Assembly: GCF_963676685.1 (NCBI RefSeq) | Contig: NC_092349.1 | Span: 13,206,001 to 13,270,000, forward strand | Source: Mytilus edulis | Lineage: Eukaryota | Length of the DNA stretch: 64,000 nt | Direction of reading: 5' to 3' | Shown here: positions 36,990-49,653 of the stretch, piece after piece | Position numbering within the stretch: the stretch's first letter is position 1 | Layout: every line of letters begins with the position of its first letter | Notes under the pieces: model-generated | Databases searched by the model: none | The model's input: the letters and a program-made list of their open reading frames with translations, nothing else | Told to the model about the DNA's origin: nothing | Made by a program: the position numbers and the translations under genes

Positions 36990-37535
36990 AACTCGGGAAC
37001 TGATCTTGGGATCTATCGGTCCCCAACGGTATCATCAGCTCAGTAGTCAGTACTTCGGTACTGACATGATTTATAACAAACCTTTCCAAAATTGCCCGTT
37101 TATAAATTTTTGAATTAAAAAGAAACTTAGATTTCAACTCCCTGGAGCAAAATTGACCTAAGATGCATTTTGTATGTCCTTTTTGGTTACATGTATATAG
37201 CTCTTCAAGGAGAGACGAAAGATACCAAAGGGACATTCAAACTCATAAGTCGATAATAAACTGACATCGCTATGACTAAATTAGACAAAGATCAACAGAC
37301 AAGCAGACAACCAATAGTACACAAAAAACGATTGAAAACTAAAGACTGAGCAACACGAATCCCACCAAAAACTTGGGGTGATCTCATGTGCTCCGGAAGG
37401 GTAAGTAGATTCTGCTCCACAACTGTATCGGTTCGTATACATCCTTGACTTTCAAAAATTGAGCGTCCCAGTTGAAGGTAAATCTAGGAAAGCGCTTCGG
37501 ACGCATGACATTTAGAACGTGTTGTTTTCAATTTT
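36990..37535 (+). mobile_element. second retrozyme-like family copy (decayed hammerhead 37463-37504), interrupted by a Penelope-like UTR fragment 37208-37420
   Basis: gcgtcc cagttga aggtaaatcta gga aagcgctt c ggacgc. Related cores at 9778, 11385 and 12977. Confidence 0.65.
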
Positions 37536-37546
37536 TTTTTTTACAG

Positions 37547-37897
37547 AAAATGGCCTATTCGACGATGATGAGGTGGTTATAATAACTTGTGGCGAAGGGG
37601 AAGTAATCAGTATGGTTAATGCCAACTATGGTAATCCAGCAAAACCTCGTAAATCGGGAAAAGGTGGTAAACATGGAAAAGGAGGTAAAGGCGGCAAATC
37701 TGGGGAAAATAAATGTAGCGATCCACAGTCCCTAGAGAAAGCGAAAGGCGAATGTAATGGAAAAACAACTTGTGAATTTACAGTCAGCGACCTTTTTAAT
37801 GAAGATGATTGCATAAACGAGGACAATGTTGAAGTTAGGTCGGGGTCAAACTCTGGCAATGATATTCAACTGTGGTTGGATTACCAATGCATACCAC
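37547..37897 (+). CDS. SUEL/RBL-type lectin domain exon of a lectin-EGF protein (internal exon, phase 1-1)
   Basis: ttttacag|...|gtaagt, 351 bp open. Motifs ITCGEGEVISMVNANYG, CSD, ECNGKTTCEFTV, DDC and DYQC follow the SUEL cysteine spacing. Confidence 0.88.
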
Positions 37898-38317
37898 GTA
37901 AGTTTTAAAATGATATAATTCACACATATATAACATATTTATGTCCCCACCGCTGAAAATCAAAGCGCCATTCAATTCAAATAGTTATAATAAACACGAA
38001 GGCTCGATCATTATAATATTGAATAAAATAAGTCTTTTTAATGTCGAGAGACATTCAACTCTCACTCGTCATGTAACCTGTTATAAAAGATACAAGTCTT
38101 ATTATTGTGTATTCCAGAGGCGCGTTTCATTTACAAATGACTCATAAGTGACGCTCGTATCAAAACAATTCAAAGTTCAAATCAAATACGAATAAAAAAT
38201 TGCAAAATAAAAGACAGAGAAGAAACAAAATGAATGAATAAAAGCAGTGTGATTAAAACTTTGTAGTCATCAACTTATCAATATTTGCACATTTGTCATA
38301 ACCCTTATATTTTCCAG

Positions 38318-38431
38318 ACCCATGTTTAAACTTTTACTGTGCACATGGAGGAACTTGCAAACTAGTCAATGTTTTAGATTTGATCCCACAATGTGATTGC
38401 TTAAGCGACTGGACTGGTGACCATTGTGACG
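38318..38431 (+). CDS. EGF-like domain exon 1 of lectin-EGF protein
   Basis: tttccag|...|gtatgc, 114 bp, phase 1-1: HPCLNFYCAHGGTCKLVNVLDLIPQCDCLSDWTGDHCD. Confidence 0.9.
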
Positions 38432-38941
38432 GTATGCTAATTGCAGATTATTTTTAACTATTTTTGTCTACCCTTATATTATGCAACTATTGTTTTTTTT
38501 TTACATTAACTTTACTCCTGCATGTGAATACTTATCGATGTTGAAAACTTCTTTTAAAAGAGAGTACATGATATTTGTTTTCTTTTAATTTATCGCACAA
38601 ATCTTTTGTACATGTTCCAAACAATATCGAATTCGATATTTATTACATCACAGTGTATGATCACTTATTTGTTTTGAGATTGCCGAACACTTTAATCATT
38701 TAGTTTTTGTATCATGAATGAATTGGTTGATTGGATGTGGCTTGCTTCACGTCCAGTGGCAAATATTGCATGCGTATTCAAGACAATATAATAATGAAAA
38801 AGTGAATTTTTATGTTGAAAACAACAAACTAACAAGTAAAGTAAATACTTTGAATTCAAATTTATCAACAATAGTAATGGTAAACGTATGTAGCAAGCGA
38901 TACAGATGTTTAATTTATTTAGTGTATTAATTTTGTTATAG

Positions 38942-39064
38942 ATGACCCATGTGAAGCAGATTCAACACCATGTCCCGCACAAAGCACGTGTTCAATCAAA
39001 CGGGATGGAGGTGTCGGTTGTTGTTGTGATGAAGGATATACAGGAGATCAATGCGACACATTAG
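38942..39064 (+). CDS. EGF-like domain exon 2 of lectin-EGF protein
   Basis: gttatag|...|gtctga, 123 bp, phase 1-1: DDPCEADSTPCPAQSTCSIKRDGGVGCCCDEGYTGDQCDTL. Confidence 0.88.
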   Translation: MTHVKQIQHHVPHKARVQSNGMEVSVVVVMKDIQEINATH

Positions 39065-40047
39065 GTCTGATTTTTGAATAAATAAATGTATATTTATTAT
39101 TAATGAGTAATAAGCAATAACAAACTTAAGAGATGTAACTCATATTGAAATAAGAATTTTTCTACGCACTAAAAACCTTTTAAGATAATCATGGCAATAT
39201 GTGGTGGTTTCGAAATTTCGAAATAAATGTTTGCAAAAATTACACTATTTGTTATAATGTACCAAACTGGTATCAGTGATGAGTTTTTACCATAACTGGG
39301 TTGATGCCACTGCTTTGTAACTTTTCATTCCTGAGTGTATCACCAGCCCAGTAGTCAGCACTTTTGTGTGGACTTGAAATACCATTGATATCTTTATTTT
39401 CTGCAAATGTACATGTATGTTTATAAATTGTTGAAATATTTGAAACAATGAGGTTTGCAACAAGCAAATATTACCGTGACCGTATTTGGCATAACATTTC
39501 GGAAATTTCGGGTTTTAATACTCTTCAACTTTAGAATTGGATCAAGTGTCTCTTCATTAATAAACCTTGCCAAAATATTTGTTCTTGAGATTGTCGCAAA
39601 TGGAATAAAGTATTGAATAATCTGTTTTTTGGTGTCTTGACCGTTTCTAATTTGGTTTCTTCCATAAATGTCAGACCAAAGTTTGTTGTGCTTAATAACC
39701 TTTGAAAGAGAAGTGGGGAGTAATATGTTATACTCTAAAAAAAACAACTTTAAAAAAAAAGCTCGATTTTCAACGAGTTGTGCTTGGTTTAAAAAAGAAA
39801 TGAAATGGACACTGTTTATCAATAGGGTTTTCTTCAGCATATATATCATTGTTCTTTACACATGATTACAGTTTGCTGTAACTTGATCACATATTTGATC
39901 AAACTTACAAACAGTTCAACTAAAGACAAAGTATATGACAAAGTGTTTCAATATTTTCTTTTATATAAATGCGTATTGGATGATCTTTAAACTTAATTAG
40001 TTGTTTGCCTTAGTAATTTCTAAATAATTGTTCATATTTCATTTTAG

Positions 40048-40158
40048 TGGATGGATGTACTGTCAATCCTTGTAAAAACGAAGGTAGTTGTCAACTGGAT
40101 AGTAATGGACTTCCGGAATGCATCTGTATAGTGCCATTCATGGGACCGGTTTGTACAG
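40048..40158 (+). CDS. EGF-like domain exon 3 of lectin-EGF protein
   Basis: attttag|...|gtaaat, 111 bp, phase 1-1: VDGCTVNPCKNEGSCQLDSNGLPECICIVPFMGPVCT. Confidence 0.9.
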
Positions 40159-42086
40159 GTAAATGCTATGTTTTCTATACCATAAAAAGAACTTTGAGCA
40201 TTTTATTTTTATTTTGCACAATATCCTTTAATGTACGCTGTATTACAATAACTCATAACAGTCGGGATTCTACTTCGTCAAAATTATCTCCCCATTACGC
40301 CAGTTCATTTTCACAATCGTAGAAAAGGAGGCCATTGTAGGGATGACGCGCTGCCAATTTTGCCCTTGGAAACCGATAAATTTATCCACATTGCACCATT
40401 ACGATCCTCATATGTCAGTTGTAATTTAAAAGACAAATGTATCAACTAGCTAATGAGCATCAGTTAATGATCTTGTCTGCATTGATTCAACTTAAACTAT
40501 TGTCTGATCGGTTGTCAGGTGGAATTTTCGAAAATTCATAAACATTTAAAAAAATTTCTACTTAAATATTTGACTAGATTTTTTTTGTGGTTGAAGACAA
40601 TAAACCCTAGTTATCACACACAAAAAATCATAATTTTTCGAGGAAATGCATTTTCATCATCCAACTTGAAAGACTGTCGTCAAGTACTTTCAGTAAAAAA
40701 AAAGCTATTCGAACGCACCTACTCTGTTTTTGTGATTCATTAGATAGGTATTTCACTTGACCCATATATTTCATCTTTCAGTACTGTGATTTTTTTATGT
40801 TATAAAGTCAACCTGTAGCTTTGATATATAAAAATGATAGAATCTGAAGTGAGACGATGTATGAAATATTCTTGCTTTGTACGATATCAAGACAAAATAT
40901 TCAACTCAAACACGCCCTTACATAAAAAGGTGCACTCGATTTCCTCTTTTCGATACAATTGTTACCCATTTTTTGGAATTTTTTCTTGAGTCACATAATG
41001 GAAGGGCAGACACGGAAATTGCTAAACTAATGGATTAATATGTTTTCCGTTCGTGGTAATTTTTTGAAAAAAATCGGAGGTTATGCATTTTCTACATCCA
41101 ACTTGAAATATACCCATGTCGTCGACTTGATATCTAATTGTTCTGCTTAGCTATGTACTAGATAAATTAAAAACTTATGCAAATGGTGTTTTTAGAATAA
41201 AACACTTCGTAATTGAGAAGAAAATTGTAAATTTGTTTGTTTCTATTAACTTTTAAATTTTTTGTCACTATAGTAAACATTACAGTAAGCATTTATCGCC
41301 TTCTCTAACAAAGAGCTTCGAATCTTTTGTTCTATTTTAACCGGGTTTCCGACTGATAACTGGACGTTTTAACAAAGTTTCAGTTTCATTTTTTTTTAAA
41401 TGAAGGTCTTGACAATTTTCTAAGTCTATCAAATTACGTATTTTACTTTAAGTTTAGCTTTATGTGTACATTTTATTTGTATATATATATATTTTTTATA
41501 AAGTTTCCTTGTTCTTTTAAAATCATATTTGCACCAAAAAAAATATTGAGCTAGGTATCACGGACTTGCTAAACATCAAAATATTGGTAATGCCAGAGAA
41601 CACTTTGAATTTGACAAAATACTAAGGGTTTTCTTCCCCTGGGATAGATTACCTTAGCTATATTTAACTAAACCTTTCAAAATTTTGGGTCCTCATTTTC
41701 GTACTTTATTTGGCGTTTTAAATTTTTTTGATCCGAGCGTCACTTTTGTATACGAAGCGCGCGTCATTGGTACAAAATATTATTCGTGGCATCTGTGATG
41801 AGTATATGCTTAAGCACTGACTACTCAGCTTATGATTCCCAAGGTGACTAACAGTCCACCAGAAGTGGTAGTAAATGAAAATAACACATTCTAAATCCCA
41901 AGCGCAAATAACATAAAAGGGCCTAAGCAGAAGCGCCTACACTGAATTTACGTGTTAGAGATGCTCATTTTATTTCAATGATAATCAAATGTAACAATAC
42001 TATGAAAAATACTTATATAAATTCAGTTTGATCCACAAATTAAAAATATCTGTGGTCTTATACGGAACATTTACCTCATTATGCAG

Positions 42087-42136
42087 ATACCCAAGAAGGA
42101 ACATTTGATACCCGAATACCGGAATTCAGCACCTGA
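42087..42136 (+). CDS. candidate terminal coding exon of lectin-EGF gene (DTQEGTFDTRIPEFST*)
   Basis: atgcag| acceptor in the correct phase, stop TGA, aataaa near 42288. Not supported by homology. Confidence 0.4.
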
Positions 42137-42628
42137 AAAATTTATAAATCGAGGTTAATATTCAATATCAAAATTTGAAAAGCGAATCTCTCAATTTTTG
42201 AATTATTTAGTTGCAGTATCCATGAGCACCACGAAAAAAAAGATTAAAGATCTCAAACTATTAAGTCATTCAAATATCTTGAAACAAAATAAATTTCCAT
42301 TGTTATGTAATTATGAACTAATTTTATAACGAAATTTTATATATTTAGCAAATTAAAAAAATACTGTTTTATAGAATTGTGCACAAATTTACACAGAACA
42401 CCAAAACAACATATAAGTCTTTATTTTTGGTACTCATTATGTAACATTAAAGTAAAATCTAAGGAATTTATCGGTTAAATTTCTTTTATAAGAACTGAAA
42501 AAGAGAGACTGAAGATATCAAAAGGTTTTTTATGATGTCGTTTCATTTTGATTGAATTGTTTGCAGAAAAAAACTAAGTTATCAAATATTCACATGTTAA
42601 AATGGAATATTTTGTTATTTTGTATTAG

Positions 42629-42663
42629 AAATGGGTGGTTATTACAACAGAGACACAGCATAG
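42629..42663 (+). CDS. alternative candidate terminal coding exon (EMGGYYNRDTA*), exon may run to the donor after 42856
   Basis: tttgtattag| acceptor in the correct phase. Downstream gatcag|gtaaattg donor is conserved with the minus-strand paralog (699). Confidence 0.4.
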
Positions 42664-44936
42664 CTTTGGAAACCAAACACTGAAGACGACCTTGATAGTA
42701 TTGTTATGCGATAAGTCCAACATGTAAGATAAAAATGTACAATGTTGTGTGATACATGTGTTAATGTGGGTCTGTGTTGAGATCATAATTCAGGCATAAA
42801 CAAGCAAACTCCTCATTGAATGAAAATGACATAAACCCTACACCATATGAGATCAGGTAAATTGGCAGCTTAAGCATCTCCTGATTCCATCGCCATACGA
42901 TTTCTAAACAATATAAAATACAAAGTGTCAAATCTATGAAATGACTTAACTATATACAAATACATAAATGCATTAACTAGCTTTAAAACCAGGTTTAATC
43001 CACCATTTTCTACATAAGAAATTGTCTGTACCAAGTCAATTACATGACAGTAGTTTTCCATTCGTTTGATGTGTTTGAGCTTTTAATTTTGCCATTTGAT
43101 AAGGGTCTTTCCGTTAAGAATTTTCCTTGGAGCTCGGTATTTTTGTTATTTTACTTTTCAATGGGTGATAGAACATTCTTAACATTTGAATTATTTTTTA
43201 TTTGACATTTGTTCTGGTAAACCATATTGAATCTAGGGAGTGTGAATCATAAATGATGGTCTTTGAGCTGATTATTAAGCTCAAACAAAAAACGTACTTT
43301 TTTATATGCTGTAGATACCATTCTCCCTCTTTGGCGCAAAATTACGTCGCAAAGTTTTCTGAATGCATCATTGGCGTTCAGCTTTTACCGTCTTTACTGT
43401 CATAAATTAGTAAACGAATCATTCTTCATTTGCCTCGAATTTTAAAGAGCATGTTCGTGTTTCTTTACAATGCTTTTAAATTTACGCCACCAATTTGATA
43501 ACTTCGGAGAATTTTCCATATGAACCAAGGACCGGATTAACATACAGAACATGTCCTACTTTTAAAAAATATTGTCATACTAAATCAAACATGCTAAAGG
43601 GGACCTATGTAATAAACACTTTAAAATGTTTGTGTGGTCGAAGCGCCTGTTCTGGTTGTACCTACATCGGGAACATTTGAACGTTGAGATGCGTAAATAC
43701 GCTGCAACGTTAGGTGCTATATTATCCTAAAAAACCTAAACGGAAGAAGCAAATTCATGTAATATCAACTTTGCATATTACAACATAAGGTATCTACCAC
43801 CAACACCTTTTGTTTTTATCCCAACATTCTCCTTTATAATTTCGATCGGTAGAATTACAACAGATTTACAACACATAAAATAACTTCCAACATATTTTTT
43901 TTACATTCAATTTATTATTGGATTGGTTGGGGCCGGAAGTTGTCATAATTACAGCTAAATGACATATTAAATGGACATTTTCAGTTTTTTCCCTCGGCAT
44001 AGATTTCCATCTTAAACCCTTCTATTTCATAGTTTTTAAGTAAGTTTTTGCTCAACTTTAAATTCCATATCCAATTAAAAATGGAGTAATATAGGGGGAA
44101 TAGACATTACAGTTCACAAGCATCGGCTTTCCTGTCTGTACCAGCCATTGTATACCAATTTTACTTTCACCCATGACATAATTTTCCTTTTCAACTCAAC
44201 AGTCATAGCAAATCACCGAAATCAGAAATATTAACATTATGTGCTATGTAAAAATGAACTTTTTCGAACTTTAAAAGAAGTTACTTGCTTGAATTCTTTG
44301 ATATGTATAATGTAAAATCTTCAAAACTCTTAAACACTCTGTTGATTGGAGGTCTTTAATCTATTTAGATTTTTCCTGCTTATATGACGATATAATTTAT
44401 TACACTAAAGCTTAAATTTACGATAACCCCTAATAATTTTACTTCATCATTGCACATATCATGTGTGTTTTGTAATGGTTTTTTTTTAAATAGAAATATG
44501 GCTGTCGGTTAGGTATGGCAGTACTTCGTTTTAGCCTAGTTGTTTATTAAAGAATATACAATTTTCAGAAACAAAAGTTTCCCTATTTCTTAAATATTTA
44601 CGGGAAATATTGGAATGGACATGCTATAAGGCTTACTATACCACATACAGGTTTATTACAGGTTTTTCTTTTTCTTTTCAGATTCCATTGTTTATAACAC
44701 CATTACAAGACATTCCCTGAAAATCCAAGCTGTAATATATAACTTGTCTTAATTCTCCCTGGATAACTTCTGTAGTTGAATCTGTTACTTTGGTAGCATC
44801 TATATGTCAAAGAAGATTTTGTATTATCGTTAATGTTATATTATGAGCGGTCTGCTTTGTTCAATCATCCATTCGTGCAATTGCAGTTACTTGATTCGCA
44901 CCTCCTATTTTTTAAACATGTTAAACGAGTACGTCT

Positions 44937-45376
44937 TAGAGGTGTAATACCACCATTGATTTCCCCCTATTAGCCTTTATTAAGTTTTGCAAAAAATTGT
45001 GCAGAATTTATCTTTGTTTCAAATAAAGAAATACTTGGCATGATGTAAAGTTTTATCCTGTCCAGTACTATAGACAAAATTTCAAATAACATTTCCTACA
45101 TATAAGAAAATAAACATCACTGGAAGTTAACCAATCAAATTTTCACCTCTTTTTTTTTAATCTGTGTACAAGCTTTAGTAACCATGTAACCTCAAGTTCC
45201 AAATTATTCTATAGAAACACCAATTAAAAAAAGATTTATGACCCAGACCTCTTTTACTGCAATGAAATGTAGGATTAATTATTTATAACTGTCAAATTCA
45301 AGGGAATATTTTTTTTCGACCCTTTTGCGTATGCAACCGGATGTGCCGTACTATGATTTGGTGGTATTACACTCTA
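44937..45376. mobile_element. MITE with TAGAG..CTCTA ends (Academ-like termini)
   Basis: tagag(g)tgtaataccacca ... tggtggtattacactcta. No clear TSD. Confidence 0.6.
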
Positions 45377-47425
45377 AAGTGATGATTCTTAAATTGAGCC
45401 TGACAATTTTGATTAAAACAACGACTATATCCAAGTTCTACTCGGTTATATTGCGACGTCAGCAGTTTGATAACCATTTGTAGGTAAATAATCTAGTAAT
45501 TTATTTTGTCTTATTATTAGAAAAATAATACATTCCTGTATCTTAGACACTATGCTGATTGATTATTTGGCTACATGGAAAATTATAGATTAAATGTAAA
45601 AAAAATATATATATCATTTATATACTTTTTAAGAGACTTAACTTTTACCTATATACGTATCTGTTATTATATATCTGCAAAGAATTCTGTTCGCTTTCTA
45701 CTGTTGATTTTGTTTGTTCTCACAAAGATACAAGTTTAAGTTGCAATTGGTGGAACTTGGTTCTATTTGAACTTTTCTCAAAATATTACTTTTAAAAGTC
45801 AGGAAAAGGACAGTTGTTTTCCTTTCGTTTGATGTGTTTGAGCTTTTGATTTTGCCATTTGATAAAGGACTTTCCGTTTTGAATTTGGAGTTCGATATTT
45901 TGTTATTCTACTTTTTGTGCCATTCTATTTAAAAAAAAACTGAAATCCAAATGTCTTTTTGACTTAAATTGCTTTCGAATATTATTTGCCATGGATATTA
46001 AAAACTTAACATGTTTTGAAGCAAATTAAAATGAATTCATTTCCATGTGAAAGACAGAATTTGTGTAAGATTTTGATATCCAAACTATGCACATTTTAGG
46101 AAATAAGAAAACGTTGATAAATACTACGAACTGTCATTGCATTTGAAATCATATTTTTGTTATCTATATAAGGTATTATATTTGTTAGCTATCTCTACAA
46201 GTAATTAATTTCACAGAATCTAAACTACGAAAGCAAACATTCATGACAATTTTGACAACGTTCAATGTGAGCATTCACTTCTAAGAAATTCCCGTTTACA
46301 TTTGCTATTCCTACAAATCTATTTTCATTTCAATTGCGTGTTTTTGGTAACACTAATGTTGGACATAAGTTCTGAAACGAAATATCCATAGTTTAAAACA
46401 CAAAAGATGTAAAAGAATCACATTTTAAGTAATCATATTTTTTCTGATTTGCTCGGTTAAGAATCGTGTCTGTGTTTTTTTTTTTATTGTTTGAAATCAC
46501 AACAAATATGCATACTTTTTCTGTATGTGTTAAAATGAAATTTGTAATCAATTAGTGAATACAATGCCATTCCTAGAAGTAGTTTTTATATACTTTGTTC
46601 TTTTTATGTTCTTCTTAAATAAAAATTTGCAGCAGTCGTGTTTTATTTTGTTTTTATTTAACACATTAGAAGTAAGCTTTACTTCGTCTTTTGTCGTAGA
46701 CAATAATATAATACACTCCCCATTTACACTAATACATTGTGATGGTGATTTCTAGTGGTTGGGTGATAAAGTCCCATATTGAATCAATCGACTATTTTGA
46801 TTCTCATTGAATCATGAATCTTTGTCAATCGTCATTTATCGAGTGAATTCGATACGTTCCTTCTATCAACGGAATCTGTTAAAAGACGAATAGAAACTCA
46901 GGGTGTATAATATAACTTTTGTGTCATGTTTTCCCCCTACAGACCTGCATAATAAATAGGTTCACAGAATATTTGTTCATTTATAAGAACATGTAGAAAA
47001 ATGAAGATTAGTAAACAGTTGGTCATATCTAAAAGACAGTATCATGTCACAGTAACACGAGTTTATTTAAGATAAAATTAAAGTAACGTGTTTATATTAT
47101 AAAATGGAGTCATGTAAGGCACCCAATCAGTCGTAAAGCATTTATACAAATTTTCGGCTATGTGATAATTATCCTAACCATCAGTCTGTTACTGTTTAGG
47201 AAGATTAAGATTACAGATTTAGAACCGAAAGATGGAAAAACGTCAACAAAATTAGTTATCATCTCTGATTACCATGTTTTTAAATCGATTGGAAGACCAG
47301 AAATAGCCCTATAAATGACCATCCATAAATTCATCTAGTAAATTGCAGTTCATAGAACAAATATTTCAAAAAAACATTCCCGAAGGATATTTGAACCTAT
47401 ACAGTAAAAGTGATTCAATACCTAG

Positions 47426-49653
47426 ATAAAGGCAACAGTAGTATACCGCTGTTCAAACTCATAAATCCATGGACAAAAAACAAAATCGGGGTAACAAACT
47501 AAAACTGAGGGAAACACATAAATATAAGAGGAGAACAACGACACAACACTACAATGTAACTAACACACACAGAAACGGACCAAGTATCAGACAAAATCCC
47601 ACGAAAATAACAAATATAACATCAAAACCAAATACAAGAATTTAGGATAGACATGTACCGTGACACGTCTTATCGCAATGCCAATTTACACTCAAAAATA
47701 AGAGAAAACAAACGACGCAACGTTAAATTGTAACACACACAGAAACGAACTATAATATAACAATGGCAATATTCCTGACTTGGTACAGGACATTTTTAAA
47801 GGAAAAAATGGTGGGTTGAACCTGGTTTTGTGGCATGCCAAACCTCACACTTTAATGGCAATGTTAAATATAACATTGAAATGACAACATAATATTACAG
47901 GACCACAATACAAATAAATAGGAGAACGTATTAGACAAAAAAACACATGATTAATGAATAACACAATTTTCAGGTTTAAAATTCTATACGCCAAAAACGC
48001 GCCTTGTCCAAACAAGACTCACCAGTGACGCCCAGATATAAAAGATCGAAAGCGAAAAAAGTACAAACTTGTACAGCACTGAAGATCAAAAGTTGAAAAA
48101 GGTTGAATACATTTGACAAAATCCGATAAGAATTACAAATATAACATTAAACATTTAAACTAAATACATGAATTTGGGATAGACAAGTACCGTAACACGT
48201 CTTATAGTAATGTGAATTCACACTCAGTAAAACAGTCACAATCGGGAATAAGTCACGTTTGGTAATTAAAAGATTAGACGACATAATGACAAACCACAAT
48301 CTACCATGTGGTAAAAATGTCCTTATCTAGTTTGGTTAAAGACACATCGTATGGATCCACCAATTCGTGATGGTGTCAATTTTAATCTGTCCTCCTCAAA
48401 ACTTTGTTGGAGAAGTTTCTGCGTAAGGAGCACACTCCTGTATATGAAGTCCGTATAGTGTGAACAAGCACGTGAATAACGTATCAATTGTGATATGTAA
48501 ACACCATACGAAGGGGCAGATGGTATGTTACTGCTGAGAAATGGGAAATTGATAATTGGGAAGTTGAAATCGTCCCGTTTATCATAGATTTTCGTGTGAA
48601 GTCGTCCATCTACGTCAATATTGAGGAAAAGATCAAGGTATGAAGCAGTCCTTCTAGTATCAGTAGTATCCTTAATTTCAAGTTCACTGGGATATATGAG
48701 ATGTAAGTATTGGCTGAAGTATGGGTTATTCAATGATAGAACATCATCAATATATCGGAAAGTAAAATTAAAGAATTTCGCAAGGTGCTTTTTCTTTTTG
48801 TCTTTTAGAAGGTTCTGAATGAATTCTGCTTCATACAAGTACAAAAACAAATCAGCCAGCAGGGTGCACAATTAGTACCCATTGGAATACCGATTGTCTG
48901 TTGAAATATAAATCCTCCAAACTCAACAAATATACTGTCGATCAAAAAGTCCAGCATTTTGATAATATCATCTTCAGTATATTTTCTGGAAGATTCAGTG
49001 TGATTCTTCACAAAATATGAATTATTGTAACCCAAAACAAGAAATTGTATCTACGATTCCCATTTTTAAAGAAAAAGCTCTGTTTTATGAGATGGTGAAG
49101 TCGATCTTTCAACTGAGCATGGGGAATAGTAGTATATAGCGTAGAAAAATCAAAAGTTTTTATGTTGCTGCAAAATTGCAAAGATTGTGATCGAAGGTTA
49201 AGCAGTGAGATCTTTGGAATTTTTGAGAATCCACATCTGGTTAACACCACTGGTAGAGTATATCTCCTCACAATATTTTTGAAGCCCATCTTTAACTGTA
49301 GAAAGAATAGTAGTCAGTACTTTAGAAAGATGTTTAGTCGGACATTTTGAAGAACCAGCTATGTATCGTTCTTTATATGGAGTTTTGTGTAATTTAGGTA
49401 TCCAGTATAATGAGGGCAAGTTTTCTTCGTTTTCTTTGATGTTGATACCAAAAGAAAGAAGGACAGATTTATGATTTTTTAAATTTCGTCTTTGGTAAAT
49501 GATGTTAAAGAATATGTAGGATTACCAGTAGTTTTATCAATTCCAAGCTCTGTAGTGAGACATTGCAAATAATGTTTTTTTACATATGAAGACAATATTA
49601 TTGGAGGCTTTATCTGCTGGAACAACGACATATTTGTCATGCAAAGAGGATAG
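47426..49653 (-). mobile_element. Penelope-like (Naiad-type) retroelement, 5'-truncated, frameshifted RT (49653-48301) + 3' UTR
   Basis: VVPADKASNN, LYWIPKLHK, RYIAGS, FDFSTLYTTIPH, GIPMGTNC, FRYIDD and YGVYISQLIRY motifs across several frames. UTR holds dead hammerhead 47988-48031 and twister-like motif 47762-47861. Confidence 0.92.

Noticed and set aside
38623-38640. 18-bp perfect palindrome aatatcgaattcgatatt (also 16 bp at about 39208)
   Set aside because: Short, AT-rich and isolated in introns, with no supporting context.
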